A DNA stretch of 32,000 nucleotides from Promethearchaeum syntrophicum (lineage in GTDB: Archaea > Asgardarchaeota > Lokiarchaeia > Sigyniarchaeales > Promethearchaeaceae): positions 2,910,001 to 2,942,000 of the forward strand of contig NZ_CP042905.2 of assembly GCF_008000775.2 (NCBI RefSeq), written 5' to 3'. Under the pieces are notes generated by a model. That model worked only from the letters and a program-made list of their open reading frames with translations, was not told the DNA's origin and did not search any database. How positions within the stretch are numbered: position 1 is the first letter of the stretch; every line of letters begins with the position of its first letter. Shown one piece after another: positions 25,341-32,000 of this stretch. The position numbers and the translations under genes are program-made.

Positions 25341-28300
25341 TACAAATCTCCTCCTGTTTTATAGTCTTGCGAAAGTTGATTTATATATTCTAAAACGAGA
25401 TCTACAATTCGAGGAAGATATTGTTCAGAAATACCCATATTTTTCAATTTGATATTGATTTCATCCCGCGAATAGATACTAAGGTCTTCAAACATAAGTT
25501 TAGCTTCCTCTACCAAGAGTGCTTTATTCGTAGCTTGCTGATAGAGATCAATAAACTGCTTAATATCTTCACGAACCGGTTTGAATGGTGATTCCAAATC
25601 TATTGAAATCCAACGCGATCCATATTCCTCACTAATGATTTCATCAATTCTGAGATTGTCTAATTTATACTTCCGCCCTCGTGTGATAACCAATTTTAGG
25701 TGATTTAAATCTTTTACAAATTTTGGAATTCGGGCATTTTTAATTACTATATAACTGCTTAATCCCGTTATAGTGATAAGGAAAGCAACTCCAATAATGA
25801 TCCAAAAAGGAATCGGAATATCAAGAAACTCTTGATAATTTACCTGAACATAAATCTTTTCTGTGGTATGAATATATTCTTCTTTCACAATATTAATTTC
25901 AATTACATAGAGCCCTATTTCATCAAATGATGATAACATAAGTTGAAAATTCCCATCTTCGAGTTCGATAGTTTCACTTTCAATTTCCACATTATCTTTT
26001 ATTATCCGATAAGTGAAAGTCCCCCCAGAAATTTGTTCATGTTTATGATTTCTAGTAGTGATATTTAAAATTAAATCATTTTTCTGTTCAATATCGATAT
26101 CAGAACTATTGTAATATTCTTGATTTTCATTCATAAATATAATATCTGTACTAATTGGTATCAAATGAATATCAAGCGTAAAGGTTGTAAGACTTGTAGA
26201 ATGATTTACTTTCTCAAAAACAATCGAAATAGAATAAGACCCGATAGGAAGAATTTCGGTACCTGGTTTAAATTGATAATTTCCCATTCCAAGATTGTTG
26301 AGTAGTCCGAAATCAGAATAATTCGCATCCACTGATTGAATAGTATAAGTTGTATTCGCATTCTCAATGTTTTCTTCGAAATTATTTACTAAGTTTAAAT
26401 TGAGACTAAATTCATCAAACCGATATATGTCAATTGTATTTCGAAAAATGGTGCTATCATTCAACGAAGTAGGAATAGCATAAATTTCAAATTTTGCAAT
26501 AGCTGTACTCGTAGTATAATAAATTTTCTCAAAAGTTATGATCGAAGTATAATTTCCGATAGGTAATTCGGAAGTTATAGGATCATATCTATAAATACCA
26601 TCGGATTGATGTTCTAATACTCCTGTAACTATAAGATCTGATTCTTCATGACTTAAGTAAAAGGAAGGAGCAATATTAGAGATCGGAACATGTTGATAGT
26701 TATCCCAGAATTCATATTCTACTGTAACATCTTTTTGAGTAACAATTAACTCGTGTTCAGAATAAAAGAGATCTGATCCATTTACTCTAGTTGGTACAGA
26801 ATATATCTCAATATTGAAGTTCCTTGTTCGTTCGTTATAATGATCTTTTTGAGCCAAAACAGATACTGAGTGATATCCTGGTGAAGCAATAGTTGAATTG
26901 ATTTCGATTGCATATAATCCATCAGATAAATAAGTCATTGGAAGATATGATGTAAAATCACCCCATTCAATCCATAATTCCCCATAATGTATTGGAGAAT
27001 CATTATTAAGGTCTCGATATGTTGCATAAACGGTGAAATTTTCATTATAAATCAATGAATCAACATTTTTTGAAATATTTAGAGTTGTTGAGATATTATA
27101 AATGTTAAATATTTCATTGATTGCTTCGGGATCTCCATATCCATATAAAACCGCTTCGATAGATATTGAATATACTATAGGGTTTCCTGAATCAAAGTAC
27201 CCAGAGGTTGTATTGATTACAAATGAATGGTTACCCAGTTCTCCGGGAATTTTATCTGCTTCGCCTTGAAAAATAATATTTCTCTCAATGTCCTCAACCG
27301 TTATGAGAGTTTCATTTGCCCATGTTGGACCTGAAGATCCACCAGGACCATAAGTGATATTATACATAAAGGATAAATCAATATTATCTCCCCAATCATA
27401 AGTTAACGGGAGTGAATTAAATAGAGTCAATTCTGTCTCAAAATTCTCTACTTGTTCACCTGCTAGTGAAATAGTGAGATTTTCATAAAGATAAGAAGAA
27501 TAGGGAGCAGCGGTAAAATTAAAAGCAGAAAAAAGATCATTAATTACAGTCTCTTCCGAAAAAAAGATTATTCGAATCGAATAATTAATAGAACTCAACC
27601 AATTGATAGTTACATTCCCGTTTTCATCGGATAATTCAAATCCAATGTAATCTCCATTGTCCGATGGAGAAGTCCAATTATATAATTCAACGATAGCACC
27701 ATCAACAGGATCCTCAGAAGGATTTTTAATATTTAGATGAATTTTAAACATATCTACTGTTTCTATATGATATGTTGTTGCTAACAGAACAAAATCATCT
27801 AAATAGGCTAAATTTGTGGTATTTCCATAATTATTGTATGTGATATTAATATCGTAATTCTGTTGAATATAATAAATTGAAATATTGCCATAAGAATCAG
27901 TTAAAGAATTATAAATTTGATCTTGTCCTGTAGCATCAAAAATCGAGATATTGGAGTTGGGGAGAACATTTCCAGTTATATCTTTAACTTGAATGTTGAA
28001 TTCTGTTAAATTTGTAGAAATAACAATAAAATCTCCATCACTTGGATAGGAGATTGAATAATTTCGAATAAATCGATTTTCAAGCCATGGTGCTCGTAAT
28101 ATCGCTGTATAATCTCCATCGGGTAAATTCCCGAATGAACAATTACCATTTGAATCGGTTAGTTTTGAAGCGTATTTTTGGTGATTTGTGGAATTTACAA
28201 GGGTAATGTTCACATCCGGAACATCTTTCAGTTCAGAATCAATAATATTAACTTTCAATACCGATATATAGATAACGTCGAGCAAAACTACATCATTTCG

Positions 28301-29479
28301 ATTGTAATCTGTAATATCATCATCAATGGTTATCTCAATTTTATTTTCAGATGCAAGATCTAAACCCAAATCTGTGAAGGAAACAAGAGTGAATGTACCT
28401 TGACCTAATACAGGAGTACTTTGACTATCATGCCAAATATCATTTACATACAGATCTACTATTCGACTATCTGAAGAAGTTCCTGAATTTAAGACCGAAG
28501 TAGACACATTTTGACTCCCTGATAAATCTACATCTAAATTATAGATAGCAAAATCATTAATGAATTGATTTTTTATATCGGATGTTTTAGTCCTTAAATC
28601 GGTTGCATTATCCCCGAATCCATAAATAATCGGCACAGTAAAATAATCTTCTGGATAAAGATCGGATTCATAATACTTTGTTACCATACCACAATTCTGA
28701 TTGAGAGCTGAATCAACATTTCCAAGAGAGCCACTAATATGAGTTTCAAGATCAGTCGGATCACCCACTTCATATTCTACAGGGGTGACAGGTGAATTCC
28801 ACCCGATTGCTCGTTTAGAAATTGCATCTTCTTGCCAAATGAGATTATCCACAGGATCAAAGTAGGCATTATCGTTATCAATAGTTTCATCAATATCCAA
28901 ATCACTTAATGACCAAAATTCAATATTGTATGCCCAATCATCAACATGAAAGGTAAAACTCATGACGAAAAAATTTTCATCCGGATAAACAGCATATACA
29001 ATTCTAATATTTACAGTTACGCTAGGAAATGAGAGTTCCACGACCGTAGATCCGATCTGAGCACCATTTGGGTTTTCTGCGTCTGATAATAGACGTAAAG
29101 GTTCTTCTGCAACTACTATTGCATCGCTCAAAGGTTTGGGATTTTTATCATAAGCTGCCACCCAAAACATAGAATAAAAATTATGATGGAACCCCTCGAA
29201 GTATAAATTACTTTCAGCATTTGATAAAAAGCCCTTTTCATCAATTTTCAATTCATAGTTTCCGTTATTTAGAGTTAGGGCTGTGGCTGAAGTCTGAGGA
29301 AATGTGGAATCATTATCTAAAAAACCGTCCCCAAGATTTTCGGTATTAGATTGAGATAAGTTAATCAAATTTTTGTTTGTATATAATATATTTGCGCATA
29401 AAATGAGCGATATTAGCATAATACCCAAGAATTTGGCCTTAAAATCCTCACGTTTAGTATTTTGTTTATAATCGAGCAT
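25340..29479 (-). CDS. giant surface protein B: signal anchor, sequon-rich ectodomain with CarboxypepD_reg-like and ~105-aa beta-sandwich repeats, TM, 133-aa cytoplasmic helical tail
   Basis: The track ORF starts at GTG 29488. I prefer ATG 29479 (MLDYKQNTKRED..). It has three TDxxGN-type prealbumin-like units (~27590-28260) and repeated modules ending ..LPIGxYxIxIxFEK.. (~25850-27130). The TM is FWIIIGVAFLITITGLSSYIVI. The juxtamembrane IPKFVKDLNHLKLVITRGR is collinear with the YPKIIREIRSLxKAIxKGK of the operon-A proteins. Confidence 0.85.
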   Translation of the reverse strand: MLDYKQNTKREDFKAKFLGIMLISLILCANILYTNKNLINLSQSNTENLGDGFLDNDSTFPQTSATALTLNNGNYELKIDEKGFLSNAESNLYFEGFHHNFYSMFWVAAYDKNPKPLSDAIVVAEEPLRLLSDAENPNGAQIGSTVVELSFPSVTVNIRIVYAVYPDENFFVMSFTFHVDDWAYNIEFWSLSDLDIDETIDNDNAYFDPVDNLIWQEDAISKRAIGWNSPVTPVEYEVGDPTDLETHISGSLGNVDSALNQNCGMVTKYYESDLYPEDYFTVPIIYGFGDNATDLRTKTSDIKNQFINDFAIYNLDVDLSGSQNVSTSVLNSGTSSDSRIVDLYVNDIWHDSQSTPVLGQGTFTLVSFTDLGLDLASENKIEITIDDDITDYNRNDVVLLDVIYISVLKVNIIDSELKDVPDVNITLVNSTNHQKYASKLTDSNGNCSFGNLPDGDYTAILRAPWLENRFIRNYSISYPSDGDFIVISTNLTEFNIQVKDITGNVLPNSNISIFDATGQDQIYNSLTDSYGNISIYYIQQNYDINITYNNYGNTTNLAYLDDFVLLATTYHIETVDMFKIHLNIKNPSEDPVDGAIVELYNWTSPSDNGDYIGFELSDENGNVTINWLSSINYSIRIIFFSEETVINDLFSAFNFTAAPYSSYLYENLTISLAGEQVENFETELTLFNSLPLTYDWGDNIDLSFMYNITYGPGGSSGPTWANETLITVEDIERNIIFQGEADKIPGELGNHSFVINTTSGYFDSGNPIVYSISIEAVLYGYGDPEAINEIFNIYNISTTLNISKNVDSLIYNENFTVYATYRDLNNDSPIHYGELWIEWGDFTSYLPMTYLSDGLYAIEINSTIASPGYHSVSVLAQKDHYNERTRNFNIEIYSVPTRVNGSDLFYSEHELIVTQKDVTVEYEFWDNYQHVPISNIAPSFYLSHEESDLIVTGVLEHQSDGIYRYDPITSELPIGNYTSIITFEKIYYTTSTAIAKFEIYAIPTSLNDSTIFRNTIDIYRFDEFSLNLNLVNNFEENIENANTTYTIQSVDANYSDFGLLNNLGMGNYQFKPGTEILPIGSYSISIVFEKVNHSTSLTTFTLDIHLIPISTDIIFMNENQEYYNSSDIDIEQKNDLILNITTRNHKHEQISGGTFTYRIIKDNVEIESETIELEDGNFQLMLSSFDEIGLYVIEINIVKEEYIHTTEKIYVQVNYQEFLDIPIPFWIIIGVAFLITITGLSSYIVIKNARIPKFVKDLNHLKLVITRGRKYKLDNLRIDEIISEEYGSRWISIDLESPFKPVREDIKQFIDLYQQATNKALLVEEAKLMFEDLSIYSRDEINIKLKNMGISEQYLPRIVDLVLEYINQLSQDYKTGGDL

Positions 29480-29737
29480 GAAAAGCACCTTCTAATTGTA
29501 ATGAGCTACTTTCACCTATATATATTTATCTTATATTATATAATTTGATGGATGGTGGAGGATTATCCAGTGATGAGGTATAATAGATAGATTATCTTTT
29601 TGTAATGTTTCTAAACTATTTTTTTCGTGTTTCCAAACAAGGTTACATCAAAAACGATTAATAAAAACAATTATATAAATAAGTTTACACTTTCACGCAT
29701 CTATATATATAATCATATTTCTTCCTTCATCATAAAA

Positions 29738-30238
29738 TCAAGTATCTCCATCTTTATATGATGCTCCAGTGAGAGCCTTACGCATAATTCTGTAACCAAA
29801 AAACGTTTTAGGGAAAAAACCTTCTTGAGAATATTCAATAGAAACGTAATCTAGTAAAAAAATCAGATCAGCAATCGCACATATAATTAAAAATCCCGTA
29901 ATCAAACGTTTTAAATTAATGCTTTCTGGGGGAATACCCATAAAATAGGGAACAAATATTGCTAGCACCATTCCAGCGATAACGAAAATATAGCTTAAAT
30001 AACGATACCACGCCTTTTTATATATGAATAGAAAGACGGTTAAAATAAATATCCCTATGATCAAACTTAACGAAAAAAATTGCCAGAAAGTAGTTAAGGG
30101 ATAAAAAATGAAGAACGTGATTATAATACCTAAGTTAATTATTTCAAATATTACAATTGAAAGGTGTCTTTTTTTCCAATTCGGGTTCGAGAAATCAAAA
30201 TAATTTTGAATATCAGATTGGTTCGGTTTGGTTGTCAT
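29738..30238 (-). CDS. small 4-TM membrane protein (tandem paralogue 1)
   Basis: 166 aa with an ATG start. It shares YFDFSNPNWKKRH, FIYK+AWY+YL.YIFV and DL.FLL.YVSIEYSQ blocks with the adjacent gene. Confidence 0.6.
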   Translation of the reverse strand: MTTKPNQSDIQNYFDFSNPNWKKRHLSIVIFEIINLGIIITFFIFYPLTTFWQFFSLSLIIGIFILTVFLFIYKKAWYRYLSYIFVIAGMVLAIFVPYFMGIPPESINLKRLITGFLIICAIADLIFLLDYVSIEYSQEGFFPKTFFGYRIMRKALTGASYKDGDT

Positions 30239-30261
30239 TTTCTTTCAAAAATCTTCTCTTA

Positions 30262-30741
30262 TTACAGATTTCTTTTTACGCTAATAAAAGTTCCATACTC
30301 TTTTAAATTTCTAGGTTTAGCCTTACGCTGAGAATATTCTATAGAAACGTAATTTAATAAAAAAACGAGATCAAAAATTGCACTTATAATTAACAATCCC
30401 AGAAGTAAACGTTCAAAAATAATTCCTTCTGGGGGAAAATCCATTAAAAATGTAACTAATATTGCACACACCATTCCAAAGATAACAAAAATATAGTTTA
30501 AATAATGATACCAAGCCCGTTTATATATAAAAAGAATGATGGTTATAATAAATATCCCAAAAAATGCACTCACGGTTGTAATTTTCCAGATATTGGTTAA
30601 AGGATTTAGTACAAGAAAAGCGATTATTATTGCTAAGTTAAATACGTCAACTATTAAAAATAAGATATGTCGTTTTTTCCAATTGGGATTTGAGAAATCA
30701 AAATAATGCTCAATATGAGATTGGTAAGGTTTGATTGCCAT
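30262..30741 (-). CDS. small 4-TM membrane protein (tandem paralogue 2)
   Basis: 159 aa with an ATG start. It is roughly half identical by eye to 29738..30238 and has the same predicted topology. Confidence 0.6.
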   Translation of the reverse strand: MAIKPYQSHIEHYFDFSNPNWKKRHILFLIVDVFNLAIIIAFLVLNPLTNIWKITTVSAFFGIFIITIILFIYKRAWYHYLNYIFVIFGMVCAILVTFLMDFPPEGIIFERLLLGLLIISAIFDLVFLLNYVSIEYSQRKAKPRNLKEYGTFISVKRNL

Positions 30742-30861
30742 TTTCTTTGTGAGTTTAACTTAAATTCCTCAATGTAACAATAAAAAAACAATTATATAAA
30801 GATATCTACAATATCTTAAATCGAATTTCAAAAAAACGACTTTTTCATTTCCCAGAATAAC

Positions 30862-31917
30862 CTACAGCCAATTTAGCACATCTTCTGCAAATCCTAGAAA
30901 ATCTTTAATTTCAAGCTGGGTTCCATCATCCAAAACGACATGTCCTGTGAAATACCCAAAAACTTGATGTTGGATTGATTTAAGAATTAGAAAGTTCGTA
31001 TTCCCTTGTCTATCTATAATCGGCTTAAAATCCATTTCAAACCGACCATCATTGCTTGAAAACTTCCAAGGTTTCATGAAATCCGTGGAATCTACATGAA
31101 AAGTAACTTCATCCAATTTATGAGCTTTTCCCTTATAGAATAACATATTTTCAGAAGCAGGTGAGCGATCACTAAATCCATATCCGATATTCCACCCTAT
31201 GGATTCTCCATTGAGATATCCAGAAGCAGACCCCCAATACCACTGATTTTTATAAGTCCAGCGCCCTCTTCCCCAATCTAATACGGCCATACTAGTATCA
31301 GATGAGAAATTATATTCTGTTTCTCCAATAGTGATTAATCCTTCTGTCGGCATGCAATTGACCTTTTGATTATAATAGAATGCTTTTCGGTTTTCTTTCC
31401 AAGAAGTAGCGATAACCATTGTATCCATAGTTGGATCTTGATGAATTGTGAGCGTGCCTTTTAATCCAGTTTCCCCTTTACAATTTTTAAATTTAGGACA
31501 ATCAACAGTGATAACACGTTTAGGACCATCATATTCAAATTTCAATGCAATTTTTTTATCTTTGAATTCAATTATTCCATCTCCAGAATCTGAGGGAAAT
31601 CCTGTTTTTCCCCGAGGTAATATGGACATTGTGTCAAATTGTGTATAAGTTTTAGTCTCAAAATCTAACCAAGCAACTGCCACCAATCCCAAATACCCAA
31701 GATCGCTGATAGTAAATGTGATCCCATATTTTTTTGAAGAATCCAAGATGGCAAAATAATCCCATTCCTTGATCCGGTGCCAACCAGCTTTAATTTTACT
31801 CCTATCATAATGCCACAATAACTTGGTGGCATATCCCGATTCAACTAAATGTCCTTTATCATCTAATAATTCAATTGGTGTTGTAATTTTGTTTTGAATT
31901 CCCATAGGATAAATCAT
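30862..31917 (-). CDS. DUF2804-like protein
   Basis: About 351 aa from ATG 31917 (the track lists TTG 31920). The soluble, beta-rich sequence has the WHRIKEWDYFAI motif and ~350-aa length that I associate with DUF2804. This rests on recall only. Confidence 0.45.
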   Translation of the reverse strand: MIYPMGIQNKITTPIELLDDKGHLVESGYATKLLWHYDRSKIKAGWHRIKEWDYFAILDSSKKYGITFTISDLGYLGLVAVAWLDFETKTYTQFDTMSILPRGKTGFPSDSGDGIIEFKDKKIALKFEYDGPKRVITVDCPKFKNCKGETGLKGTLTIHQDPTMDTMVIATSWKENRKAFYYNQKVNCMPTEGLITIGETEYNFSSDTSMAVLDWGRGRWTYKNQWYWGSASGYLNGESIGWNIGYGFSDRSPASENMLFYKGKAHKLDEVTFHVDSTDFMKPWKFSSNDGRFEMDFKPIIDRQGNTNFLILKSIQHQVFGYFTGHVVLDDGTQLEIKDFLGFAEDVLNWL

Positions 31918-32000
31918 CAATTCGCCAAATTTAAGTGTTTTTTTTTAATTCTATAAAATTAAGAAAACGTGGAGTCTCTCACGAAGAGAATGGAAAAGTT

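Noticed and set aside
26120-28363. Plus-strand ORFs 26120..26305 and 28178..28363
   Set aside because: They are antisense to the 1380-aa surface-protein gene. They are shadow ORFs.
29480-29488. GTG start at 29488 for the giant operon-B protein
   Set aside because: An ATG three codons downstream (29479) gives the same protein minus three residues and is the more conventional start. The difference is immaterial to function.

Overview
AT-rich window (about 30% GC by eye). It looks archaeal and fits an Asgard (Lokiarchaeia-like) genome best: it holds an archaeal histone, an actin-family ATPase, longin-type and winged-helix proteins, TPR and LRR proteins, and Shine-Dalgarno-like GGAGGT/AGGTGA motifs at internal operon starts. 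I support about 24 intact protein-coding genes and 2 pseudogenes. I recognised no rRNA, tRNA, cas genes, transposase or integrase. All domain calls were made by eye from the translations and need profile or structure searches. Two long minus-strand operons dominate the window. Operon A (11535->2561) encodes a longin-like/tandem winged-helix protein, a TrmB-like coiled-coil protein, and two paralogous giant N-glycosylation-sequon-rich surface proteins with a conserved cytoplasmic tail. Operon B (29488->22269) encodes a third giant surface protein carrying the same juxtamembrane motif, a paralogue of the longin/winged-helix protein, a longin plus degenerate Ras-like fusion protein, and a divergent actin-related protein. 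I consider this recurring module (giant surface protein, cytosolic longin/WH adaptor, pseudo-GTPase, actin-family ATPase) the best candidate for an undescribed system. It could couple the cell surface to the cytoskeleton or to trafficking-like machinery. Between the operons lies an accessory-looking region. A beta-class SPPY DNA methyltransferase gene has its 3' ~0.5 kb repeated 3723 bp downstream. The two copies bracket an iteron-like repeat array and two visibly more GC-rich genes (an LRR protein and a Trp-rich unknown). The rest of the window holds a histidine phosphatase, a PlsC-type acyltransferase, a histone, a decayed CPBP protease gene, a PadR/DUF1700 pair, tandem small membrane paralogues, DUF362 and DUF2804-like genes, and a partial TPR gene.
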